Translations under genes and position numbers: made by a program
Part shown: positions 7,842 to 16,672 of the stretch, one piece after another
Numbering within the stretch: the stretch's first letter is position 1
Layout: each line of letters starts with the position of its first letter
Source of the DNA: Candidatus Baldrarchaeum yapensis
Lineage (GTDB): Archaea; Asgardarchaeota; Baldrarchaeia; Baldrarchaeales; Baldrarchaeaceae
Direction: 5' to 3'
NCBI GenBank assembly: GCA_016840465.1
Contig: JAEOSH010000035.1
Location: forward strand, 1 to 23,193
DNA length: 23,193 nt
The notes under the pieces: generated by a model
The model's database searches: none
The model's input: only the letters and a program-made list of their open reading frames with translations
What the model was told of the DNA's origin: nothing

Positions 7842-8867
7842 GTGGTGCCATCCATGACGGAAACCCTGACCTTCCTCGAAACCCATAAGGATTCTATTCG
7901 CAACATTCTCAATGCGCTCAAAAATCCTAGAAGACGGGCCCTTCTCGAGATACTCGTGAAAGATGGGCCCTGTGACGTAGCAACACTGCAGAAGAAATTA
8001 AAAGACTACGGATACTACCACAGTCAGAGCACTATCGAGAACTCGTACGTTCTGCCGCTGATAAAAGCGGAGCTTGTGCGGCGGGAGGATAACAAGTTTG
8101 CAGTCACCGACCTAGGAGTGAGAATTTACGAGATAATAAAGGACCGGGAGTGGCCATCCGTTTTGGCGAAGCCTAATCAGTGCTACGAGGAACTTGTGTT
8201 GCTATTCTTGCACGACTCTCCAAAGCCTCTGCGCGAGGTCCTACTCTTGGTTCCGGGGCACGAAATATCAAGAGTTCTGAAGAGAATTGCGGATCTCATA
8301 GAGAAGCAGAGAACGCACGTCTACTGTACGCCCCTGTTGCCTGAACCTCCCAGCGATGCAAGCCCCGCCGAGCGGGAGATATTCAACATAATCAAAGAGG
8401 AGGGCGAAATAACGGTCTCCGAGGTAATAAGGAGGGCGTCGGTGATCCCTAGGACGGTCTTCAAGTGCCTAAGGAGGCTTAAGGAGAAGAAGGCCATCAA
8501 GAGCTACAGGAGACCATCCATGATCGCGCTGAATGAGAAAGGCAAGGAGGTCGCGGCGTTCCTGTGGAGCATCGCATCGCAGATCCTGAGGAAGACCGAG
8601 GAGTACGATGACCTCGTGAGAACGGTTGTCGAGTACCTGAGTGCGAAGGTGGAGCCCGTCACGGAGATGGAGATGATAGAGGAGTGCCTAGATCCGTTTT
8701 ATCGCAAGAAGTACGGTCGCTCAATAAGCCCCGAGGAGTTCCAGGAGATAAAGAGAAAGCTGAAGAGGATGGGGTTACTGGAGGGAGACCCATACTCAGG
8801 GTACAGGCTTAGCGAGCGGGCGCATGAACTTCTCACGGCAATTGTCCCAGCACAGGTCAGAGGCTGA
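7842..8867 (+). CDS. Multi-domain winged-helix DNA-binding protein (about four wHTH units)
   Basis: HTH-like cores at about aa 22-80, 115-155, 174-222 and 257-313. Wing motifs FAVTDLG, IALNEKG and YRLSERA. Alternative start ATG 7854. Confidence 0.8.
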   Translation: MVPSMTETLTFLETHKDSIRNILNALKNPRRRALLEILVKDGPCDVATLQKKLKDYGYYHSQSTIENSYVLPLIKAELVRREDNKFAVTDLGVRIYEIIKDREWPSVLAKPNQCYEELVLLFLHDSPKPLREVLLLVPGHEISRVLKRIADLIEKQRTHVYCTPLLPEPPSDASPAEREIFNIIKEEGEITVSEVIRRASVIPRTVFKCLRRLKEKKAIKSYRRPSMIALNEKGKEVAAFLWSIASQILRKTEEYDDLVRTVVEYLSAKVEPVTEMEMIEECLDPFYRKKYGRSISPEEFQEIKRKLKRMGLLEGDPYSGYRLSERAHELLTAIVPAQVRG

Positions 8868-8883
8868 ACGGCAGGCATTGCAT

Positions 8884-9585
8884 TCAGAGAAGCAAGTCTA
8901 CGAACCACTTGACGCTCTCATTTACTGCATGGCGTCTTAGTGTGGGATCCGTAAACCTGTGATCCGCCCCACTGATTATCCTTAGGGCCTTCGGGGCGGG
9001 AGCCGCATTGTAGAGTTTGTGAGCGTGTGAGACCGGAACAACTTCGTCCTTATCTCCGTGTATCACCAAAAGTCCACGGACCTTTTCGGCGCATGAGATC
9101 ACATCGTATCCTCGCAAGTCTTCCGCAAATTCCCTCCCCAAAAACTGTTCGGCAAATTTGCTTATTTCCCCGAGATCTGCGGGTGCCGCCCAACTTGCGA
9201 CTGCCTTTATTGAGGGTTCTTCGGCCGCCACCACCACGGATATCGATCCCCCGAGACTGCTTCCCATGAGTCCGATCCTGTCGTAGGATCCCTTTATGTG
9301 CTCCAAGACTATCTTAAGGTCCTCCACGCGACTGCTCATGGTAGATTTTCGGAAGTCTCCTGGACTTTCACCACACCCGGAAAAGTCGAACCTCAGGACG
9401 GACATTTTCATCTTCGTGAGGGCGTTTGCGAGCTCTATGTACTTTTCACTGTCCTTTGTGCTCAGAAGACCATGACATGTTATCACGATTACCTCGGAAG
9501 GCGCAACTTTCGGCTCATGCAGGATGCCGACTATTTCCTTACTTCCCCTCCTGAAGACAACCTTCTTGGTCTTAACCGCGAACAT
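8884..9585 (-). CDS. Alpha/beta-fold hydrolase (esterase/lysophospholipase-like)
   Basis: CHG oxyanion motif, RFDFSGCGES, nucleophile GSSLGG, acid HGDKDEVVP and His in GADHRF. GGTGAT lies upstream of the ATG. Confidence 0.92.
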   Translation of the reverse strand: MFAVKTKKVVFRRGSKEIVGILHEPKVAPSEVIVITCHGLLSTKDSEKYIELANALTKMKMSVLRFDFSGCGESPGDFRKSTMSSRVEDLKIVLEHIKGSYDRIGLMGSSLGGSISVVVAAEEPSIKAVASWAAPADLGEISKFAEQFLGREFAEDLRGYDVISCAEKVRGLLVIHGDKDEVVPVSHAHKLYNAAPAPKALRIISGADHRFTDPTLRRHAVNESVKWFVDLLL

Positions 9586-9753
9586 TCCAAATCACCGAAT
9601 CGCCGTTCTTGCAGGCAGATGTTCTGCCGTTTTTGACCGGCCCGCTACGGCATCACATAATATAGGATGTCGGTTGAAGTTATAAGATCTGCATTGATCG
9701 ACCCACAACGCTTTTATCAGCCGCATCTCTCTCCTAAGGTGGAAGGTGAGGAC

Positions 9754-10480
9754 ATGAGCCCAGAGAACATAATTAAATTGAGGAACGTCGTGAAGATATA
9801 CGAAATGGGACGAGTGAAGGTGCACGCGCTCCGCGGTGTCAACTTCTCCGAAAGAGAGGGGAATTTGTGGTGACCCCCAGCCCCAGCGGGTCCGGGAGAC
9901 CACTCTCCTCAACATCATCGGCGGGCGTGGACAGGCCCACCCTCCGGCGAGGTTATAGTCAACGGGGTAAGGCTTAACGATTTGAGCGAGGAGGAACTCA
10001 CGAACTTTCGGCGTAGGAATATAGGCTTCGTCTTCCAGTTTTTCAATCTCATACCCACGCTCACCGCCAAGGAGAACGTAATGCTGGCGCTGGAACTGAG
10101 AGGGCTTTCTGGGAAAGAGATGGAGGCAGAGGCTCTCAGGTTACTTTCCGAAGTGGAGCTTGAGAAGCGGGCGGATCACTTTCCATCGGAACTCTCCGGT
10201 GGGGGAGCAGCAAAGAGTCGCAATAGCTCGTGCCCTCGCGAAGGATCCGCTGTTGCTGTTATGTGACGAGCCAACCGGGGAGCTTAATGTGGAATCCGGC
10301 AAGGCGGTTTTATCGGTGTTGAAGAGGGTAAATGAGGAAAAGGGAAAGACGATAGTCCTTGTGACCCACAACACGGTCATTGCAAACATAGCGTCGGGGG
10401 CGGTCCGTTTAAGGGACGGCAGAATAGTAGAAGAGTGGAAGATCGAGCGACCGGTTAGTGTTGAGGAGTTGAGTTGGTGA
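9754..10480 (+). pseudogene. LolD/MacB-family ABC transporter ATP-binding protein, disrupted by about 5 single-base indels (pseudogene or sequencing error)
   Basis: GGTGAGG + ATG 9754. Stitching frames gives [97 protein letters not shown]..VTHN. Indels near 9850 (-1), 9897 (-1, Walker A Lys), 9924 (+1), 9941 (+1) and 10201-10205 (+1 in G5). Confidence 0.9.
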
Positions 10481-10486
10481 GATCGC

Positions 10487-12861
10487 ATGCCGTCGGTTCT
10501 CATAAGGAAGTTGTTGCGTGACATGTCGAGGAATCGCGTCCAGTTCATCGCACTCAGCATAACGGTTATGGTTGGCGTCGCCTTCTACTCGTCACTTGTC
10601 ACGGCGATGAACAACCTCGTAAGATCTTGCGACTACGCATATGAGCAGTTGCGCTTTGCGGCCTTCTCAATAGTGTTCGGGCCGGCTCCCCGGACTGTGC
10701 TTGATGACCTGATGAAGATAGACAATGTGAAGTCTCTGGAGGGCCGGCTTGTTACGAACATAGGAATCTACATCAACGAGGACAGGCAGATACCCGGTCT
10801 CGCAATTGGTATAAACTCCATGCACAAGCTCACCGTCAATGACGTGAAGGGGGAGTCCGGTAGGTACTTCAATCCCGAAGAAGGGGAGCATGTCTGCTCG
10901 AGCGGCACTTTGCCGATGCGTACGGTTATAAGGAGGGAGACAACGTAACACTGATAGTTCATGGGAGGAAAATCAACGTCACGGTTGTGGGCGTGGTCTC
11001 AAGCCCCGAGTTTCTGATTCTCATGAGCGGGCTTTGGGAGTACTCGAGCGGTTATACCTACGGAGTCGTATTTCTTCCATTGAATGTCTTGCAGGCGGAA
11101 CTCGGAATACCAAATATGATAAACGAAGTTGTGGTGGTCGTTAAGGACAGGTCCAAGGTGGATGAGACAATTTCCGAATTTAAGAGGATGCTTGCGCCGT
11201 ACGATGTGATAAGGGTTCTGAAGAGGGAGGAACAGCCCTCATATAGGGCGTTAAAATGGGACATTGAAGGGTTTAGAGAGATATCGGTGGTGTTTCCGGC
11301 ACTGATACTGCTGGTGGCGGCTGTGGAAATATACACCACGCTGAGAAGGCTGATAATTTCGCAGCAGCGCGAGATAGGTGTCCTGAAAACGATGGGGTTC
11401 AGCACACGCCGTATAGTTCTCCATTACATGTCGTTTGCGTTGGTGGCCGGAATAGCAGGGTCCGTTCCGGGAGCCCTCCTCTCGATATGGATATCAGCCG
11501 AGATAACAAAGTTCTACACGAGATCGCTCGGCATACCCTTTACTCTCGTCTCCGTGGACCATCTCGCGATATTGCAAGGCGTAGTAATTGGCGTGATTGC
11601 ATGCATGGCGGGCGCGATTCTGCCAAGTCTCGCGGTTACTAGGTTGAAGCCTGTTGAGATCCTCCGCCCGTACATAAGTGCATCCATGGTCAGGGGGAGG
11701 GTTCCGCTCATTGAGAGGGCCATCATTAGGATCAAGAGTATCTCCATCCGCGCCCGGCTCACGATTAGGAACCTTTTCAGGAACAGAATCAGAACGGGGA
11801 CGACGGTTCTCGGCATAGCTTTTAGCGTAATGCTGGTGTTCTCGATTGTGAGTTTCATGGATAGCTTTTACGCCAATGTTGGCACTCAATACGATCATCA
11901 CATGAGATGGGACCTGCGTGTGCGTTTTTCGACGATGAAAAACGTCAGCGAAATTTACAAGATCGGTGAGTGGGATGGCGTGATCTCTGTGGAGCCATTC
12001 ATAATGGGGATCGCGACAGTGAGCTTTGGCGGCAAGTCCGTCGAGACGGTGATTATAGCGTACCCGAAGAACACATCCATGCACGTGTTCAACATAATTA
12101 ATGGTGAAGGGCTGAAGGACGGTGCAGTTGTGCTAGGAGAGGGGCTTGCAGCGAAGCTGGGAGTGTCCGTGGGTGATGAGGTTCGCGTGAACATAACTTT
12201 CGCAGGAACGGTTCTAAGGGTATCAGGAATAGACAGAGAGCCGTTAATGCTTCATGTTTGCTTTATGACGCTGAAAACCGCGCATGGGCTGTTCAACGCA
12301 ACTGATATGGCGAATGGTGCTCTCCTGAGAGTAGAGAGTGAAAGGATCCCCGACGTTAGGAGAAAGTTATATGAGGTGCCGGGTGTTGAGAGGGTCGATG
12401 TGAAGCATGAGGTAAAGGGAGAGTTCATACGCCTCCTCGACAGGTTTATGACGTTCGCGTACGTGATGCTTGTGATTTCGGTGTTAGTCGCGTCTTCCCT
12501 GATACTGAATATTATGACGACAAATGTGATGGAGCGGAGATACGAGGTTGCAACTCTGAGGATACTTGGCGTCGGCATGAGATCACTTCTCGCATCGATA
12601 GCGCTTGAAAACGTCATCATGGTTGCGTTAGGGATACTGATCGGCTGCACGTTTGGATACCTGACCGCGTGGTCCCTGATACAGGTGTTTCTTTGGGCGG
12701 TTTCCGAGCAGATGTTGACCCTCGAATTGGTGATCAGTCCGATGAGCGTCCTGCTGATATCGTTAGTGGTACTGGTGGCGGCGGTCCTTTCTCAAATACC
12801 CGCAATGCGCTACGTATCGAAGATAAACTTGGCGCGCGCGGTTAAGGAGGCGGCCCTATAG
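10487..12861 (+). pseudogene. FtsX/MacB-type ABC transporter permease (two-repeat form, about 791 aa) with one -1 frameshift near 10888
   Basis: ORF 10487 (KLLRDMSRNRVQFIAL, TM1, extracellular domain) continues in the -1 frame as CLLERHFADAYGYKEGDNVTL..VVGVVSSPEF into ORF 10987. It has two FtsX blocks (QQREIGVLKTMGF; ERRYEVATLRILG) and a second RNLFRNRIRT + TM start. Confidence 0.88.
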
Positions 12862-12873
12862 TGGCGGGATGTG

Positions 12874-13272
12874 TTAGAGGGTGCTCTCTAACCTAAACCT
12901 CATTTCTCCCAATTCGGCCAGATACACGACCTTGAACCTCCTGTGCCTCTCGTATTCGAGGATGAGGATGACCTCAAGCCCGGCATCCAGCGCCATTCTC
13001 GCAAAGCCGTAATCCATAGTCACAACCATGGAGTATCCGTTCTTCGTCGCGAAATCTATTATTTCTCTATCCTTTGCGTCTCTGAGGCGGTCATCCTCAC
13101 CCACGTGGAGAAACTCGCTTCCCGCGAGGAACCTCCTTATTTCCCTGAAAACCTCACCTCCCACGTTCTTATCTACGATGATTCTCCAGTTTCTGCTTTT
13201 AATCGCGCTTTTGAGTCTTCTGATGTGATCGTTCAAGTTTTCAGTCGCATCAACATCATGAACGTCGTCCAA
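12874..13272 (-). CDS. DUF5615/Mut7-C-like PIN-domain protein
   Basis: RIIVDKNVG, AKDREIIDFATKNG and VVTMDYGF match the D.N / D.EI..A / T.D..F pattern. A TTG start at 13272 with GGTGGTG 7 nt upstream is preferred, because the 13332 start leaves only 23 nt to the divergent gene. Confidence 0.7.
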   Translation of the reverse strand: MDDVHDVDATENLNDHIRRLKSAIKSRNWRIIVDKNVGGEVFREIRRFLAGSEFLHVGEDDRLRDAKDREIIDFATKNGYSMVVTMDYGFARMALDAGLEVILILEYERHRRFKVVYLAELGEMRFRLESTL

Positions 13273-13355
13273 GAGGGGACACCACCAGCTGTTTAGATTT
13301 ACAAGAGGGTCGTCACATATATAGGTGAACATCGGGCCCGGAGTGGAGCGGCTCC

Positions 13356-13961
13356 ATGAGAGCGGGGTATGAGGAGTTCGGGTCGGGGAGGATACTTGAG
13401 GATATAAGACGAAGGCTGAGTAGCGAGAACTTCGCGGACAGGTCTGCCGCCGTGACCGACATGTTGAGGTATGCGGGGTCCTCCGACGTGGACCCCCACT
13501 CGCTGCTGGAGCTTATGGATCTCGCGCTTCATGTCCACATCCCCTTTCCATCCAGAAATGCCCTCCCAACAATAGTTTACGACATTGCGAGACGGAGAGA
13601 TGCCAATGTGAACGTCGTCCTAGACTTCGTGGAGAGATGGCTGTCATCGGAAGAGAAGCATGTCAGGGAGACCGCCGTCTACGCGCTTGTTGCACTTTCG
13701 GGAAGAAATGAGGCTCCTATGGACAGGTTACTCAGGAACCTAACCACGTGCATAGGAGATTCCCACTCCTCGGTTAGGCTTGGGGCGTTTGAGGCGCTCA
13801 AGGAGGTCGCTAAGAGGGGAGATGTCAACGCCGAGGAGATAATGCCGCTGATAGAAAGGGGTCTCGCGGATAAGAGTCCTGCCGTCAGAAACACCGCCGC
13901 GGTTGTCAAGAAGATCTTAAGTCAGCGATTGAGTAGGAGGCCTCCCGATGAAAGGCGATAA
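13356..13961 (+). CDS. HEAT-repeat (alpha-solenoid) protein
   Basis: Repeating LSSE...DRSAAV, LSSEEKHVRETAVYAL, IGDSHSSVRLGAFEAL and LADKSPAVRNTAA units. Confidence 0.8.
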   Translation: MRAGYEEFGSGRILEDIRRRLSSENFADRSAAVTDMLRYAGSSDVDPHSLLELMDLALHVHIPFPSRNALPTIVYDIARRRDANVNVVLDFVERWLSSEEKHVRETAVYALVALSGRNEAPMDRLLRNLTTCIGDSHSSVRLGAFEALKEVAKRGDVNAEEIMPLIERGLADKSPAVRNTAAVVKKILSQRLSRRPPDERR

Positions 13962-14583
13962 TGCACATGAGCGGAGGCTCGTAGAAACAATAATTGATGT
14001 TGTTGGCGGGATATTTGTGCTGGTGGTCATGATCGTAATATTTTTCGGTGCGCTGATGACGGCTCGCTCCTCAATGTCTATGTTTAACGTTTTCATCACA
14101 CTTCTGATGCTAATGATCCTACTGTTCGTGCTGCGTCCTCTGCTCACTCCCTACTATGAAGTGAAGAGCGTGAAGTTGGCCCTCTCCCGCAGGAGATCCG
14201 TAAAGATAAGGAGAACGATCCACGGGGTGTTCGCACGTGCGAACGGCATTATAGTGGCAATTCTTCCCCGCATTCTATCCTTAGAGGTCTACGTTCTTAA
14301 GCCGCGATTCACATTCTCCGAGACGCGCTCATTCATAAGGAGGTTATTTGGGCCTTCATTTCCGAGGAGGCAGGGCGAGAAGGCGATGCCGGGTTTTTCG
14401 GGATGGAACTTTTGGAGGTGTGAGGGGGAGTTTCTGATGCCGGATCCAGCCGGTGAAGGATGGGTGAGGGGCTCGGGAGTGGGTTATATTGCAAGGTCGA
14501 GGTTTCTATTTCCGTTCCCATATCTGAGGACGATAGACGCGATACTTTCGATGCTCATGCTTCTGGAACGTGAATACGGGTGA
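13948..14583 (+). CDS. Hypothetical membrane protein (2 N-terminal TM helices + basic soluble domain)
   Basis: Hydrophobic segments at aa about 13-37 and 44-62. It overlaps the HEAT gene stop by 14 nt, suggesting co-transcription. Confidence 0.7.
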   Translation: MKGDNAHERRLVETIIDVVGGIFVLVVMIVIFFGALMTARSSMSMFNVFITLLMLMILLFVLRPLLTPYYEVKSVKLALSRRRSVKIRRTIHGVFARANGIIVAILPRILSLEVYVLKPRFTFSETRSFIRRLFGPSFPRRQGEKAMPGFSGWNFWRCEGEFLMPDPAGEGWVRGSGVGYIARSRFLFPFPYLRTIDAILSMLMLLEREYG

Positions 14584-14625
14584 TCGGAGCGATAATTTGA
14601 GCGGAGACGTTCTTTTAGCGTGGAC

Positions 14626-14633
14626 TTTAAATA
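14626..14633 (+). promoter_or_regulatory. Candidate archaeal TATA box TTTAAATA
   Basis: Canonical TTTAWATA about 30 nt upstream of ATG 14664, in a short intergenic gap. Confidence 0.45.
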
Positions 14634-14663
14634 GAATCCTGCGAACAGTATTTGGGAGAAGAG

Positions 14664-15644
14664 ATGGCGGTCACGGCGGAGCAGATCATAAAGTTACTGG
14701 AGGAGAACCCCGAACTCGCAAGGAAGATATATGAGATACTTAGGGAAAGGTTCGTCGAGAGGAGGGAGTTGAAAGAGATATTGGAGGAAATCAAACATCT
14801 ACGCGGAGACACGAATAAACTTTTTGAGAGAATGCTGTCACTCGAACGAGAGATGGGAGCCATGCGCAGGGACTTCAATGAAGCAATAAAGCGGATGAGG
14901 GAGGATTTCAACCGGGAAATTTCGAGTCTGAGAGTAGAGTTCAATGAATCTATGAAGCGTTTACGCGAAGATTTCAATAGAGAGATCTTAAACTTGAGGG
15001 TGGAGTTTAATGAGTCCATGAAGCGTTTGCGTGAGGACTTCAACCGGGAGATCTCGAACTTGCGAGCAGAGTTTAATGAATCGATGAAACGGATGAGAGA
15101 GGATTTCAACCGGGAGATTATAAAGTTGCGGACCGAGTTCAACGAGTCCATGAAACGTATGCGTGAAGACTTTAATTACCAAATGATTTCGTTGCGAAGA
15201 GAGACCGATCAACGAGTCACACGCTTGGAAAAATCCATTCGGGGTCTGTTTGCGGCGCTAAGCGAGATCAGGGTGTTTGCAGGCATGTCGTTCGAGGAGT
15301 TCGTCAGAAGCTTCCTGACGGGATACCTTAGGGAGGCGGGGATTCCTCCGGAGGGGGTTAAGCTAAAGTCGAAAAAGTTCTGGGATGAGGAGAAGAGGAG
15401 GGAGGTCGAAATCAACATCTTCTACGAAGAGCCGCTCGTTGTGGGGGAGGCGACCGCCGTTGCCGAATCGATGACCGAACTCGAAAAATTGATAGAGAAG
15501 GTGGAGTTTGTGAAGAAGGTTTACAGGCGGGAGCCTGCCGCCAAGTTCTTTATTGCCATTTCAATATCTAGGAAGATATTCGACGAGTTGATGGAGATGG
15601 CCGAAAGACACGGCATAGAGGTAATTTACGGAAGAATAGTTTGA
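14664..15644 (+). CDS. Coiled-coil repeat protein with C-terminal PD-(D/E)XK-fold domain (DUF3782-like archaeal family)
   Basis: N-terminal IIKLLEENPELARKIYEIL, central 22-aa repeats, and C-terminal GMSFEEFVR..EVEINIF..VVGEAT..AERHGIEVIYG. ATG 14664 has GGGAG upstream; TTG 14652 is possible. Confidence 0.75.
   Translation: MAVTAEQIIKLLEENPELARKIYEILRERFVERRELKEILEEIKHLRGDTNKLFERMLSLEREMGAMRRDFNEAIKRMREDFNREISSLRVEFNESMKRLREDFNREILNLRVEFNESMKRLREDFNREISNLRAEFNESMKRMREDFNREIIKLRTEFNESMKRMREDFNYQMISLRRETDQRVTRLEKSIRGLFAALSEIRVFAGMSFEEFVRSFLTGYLREAGIPPEGVKLKSKKFWDEEKRREVEINIFYEEPLVVGEATAVAESMTELEKLIEKVEFVKKVYRREPAAKFFIAISISRKIFDELMEMAERHGIEVIYGRIV
14871..15203 (+). repeat. In-frame tandem repeat, 66-bp period (33-bp sub-period): 4 full units plus flanking half units
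   Basis: Units start at 14904, 14970, 15036 and 15102 and encode DFNREI(S/L/I)xLRxEFNESMKR(L/M)RE. A half unit starts at 14871 and a partial unit at 15168. Confidence 0.95.
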
Positions 15645-15688
15645 CCCTACTGATCGAAAAGTTGATGGGAAAGAGCCCTTAGTAAGGC

Positions 15689-16184
15689 ATGGTGGTTCTC
15701 TTGCCCAGGGGTGGGCGAGAACCCGGCAATTCTTATCGTTCGGTAGTAATTGGAATAGTCATCGGGCTTTTATGGAACGTCCTCTTCATGATGTTGCTAT
15801 CCATCCATTTTCTGGCAGTTTTCCCGTTATCTTACACCATTGGAGCGTTGTTCGGAACGTTATATCACGTTAGGAAGCACTACATGGAGACCGACTATGA
15901 GCAATGCACTGACTGCTCGCTGAGGAAAATATGCTGGAAACTGCGTATGCACGAGATATTCCCTCCAAAGAGGGTCACAAAGCCGAGGAGTTGAGAAGTT
16001 TTCTCAAAGGAATTAGGATGAAAGTCGTACTCGGGTTCATGGCGGTGGTTGTAGCATCCTTTGTCATAGCTGAAGTCCTCGGAATTTTTAGTACTCTCTT
16101 GGTACAGTTCGCGGTTATGACGCTCATAGCTTCGGGGGAGTGGGGGTCCTCGTCAGCAGAACCTCTCACTTGTATGGAGAATAG
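15689..16184 (+). pseudogene. Putative 4-TM membrane protein split by two -1 frameshifts (alternatively two small overlapping membrane ORFs)
   Basis: Two TMs in ORF 15689 and two TMs in ORF 15931 (-1 frame). A further -1 shift at the G5 run 16134-16138 completes the last helix as IASGGVGVLVSRTSHLYGE* (TAG 16182-16184). Confidence 0.4.
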
Positions 16185-16376
16185 ATCGAGTAAGGGTCAG
16201 CATACAACTCACTCTTCATACCGCGAGCGCGGTCCGCCAGCCATCCTATCATCATTCGTTATGATTAATCCATCATCTGCTTTTAAATTGATAACAGTGG
16301 TGTGAACCGTTTTATCATGCGTGTAGTTTGTATCATCTGCTGGAATGAGCTGAAAGTACTGATGGAAGGCATAACG

Positions 16377-16564
16377 ATGGGAAATGAGAAAAAGGACATG
16401 ACGTTATTCGAGTTTGTTGGCATAGTTGGATGACGTGCATAGTTTTCATCTTAATTTCGCTTACGAGGCAAATACTGATACTCGTGTTTATGACTCCACT
16501 CTTAATGGCGCTCCCAATAATGATAGAGGAATTGCTGAAAAGAAGGAAACGCCTGCGCGAGTAA
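16377..16564 (+). pseudogene. Small 2-TM protein with a -1 frameshift near 16429 (or a 44-aa ORF from ATG 16430)
   Basis: MGNEKKDMTLFEFVGIVG joins MTCIVFILISLTRQILILVFMTPLLMALPIMIEELLKRRKRLRE* if one base is added. The result is a hydrophobic hairpin with a basic tail. Confidence 0.35.
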
Positions 16565-16672
16565 CGGCATAATTTAGTTATTAAGTTGTCGCCTATCTTG
16601 CTTCACGTTACGCATTTCAGAAAACTCATGACAATAGGAGTTTTAGACGATAATGTCGAAGACGTGCCGCCT

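Noticed and set aside
9850-10205. Programmed ribosomal frameshifting in the ABC ATPase
   Set aside because: It would need five successive shifts in both directions plus repair of substitutions at Walker A, which is implausible.
11494-12084. Long antisense or alternate-frame ORFs (also 14627..15151, 17599..18006, 17881..18420, 22187..22597, 4136..4567)
   Set aside because: They lie wholly within well-supported genes and are shadows of codon bias or repeats.
14871-15203. 66-bp repeats as a CRISPR array
   Set aside because: Units are contiguous with no unique spacers, stay in frame and vary at synonymous positions. No cas genes are present.
15904-15940. CxxC-x5-C metal site in ORF 15689 (CTDCSLRKIC)
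   Set aside because: It falls where the reading frame probably shifts, so part of the motif may be out-of-frame text.
16210-16380. Minus-strand text HTTVINLKADDGLIITNDDRM resembling a proteasome-beta/Ntn-hydrolase N-terminus
   Set aside because: The match is only about 20 residues, has no start codon, and stops follow within 10 codons. It cannot be supported without a search.
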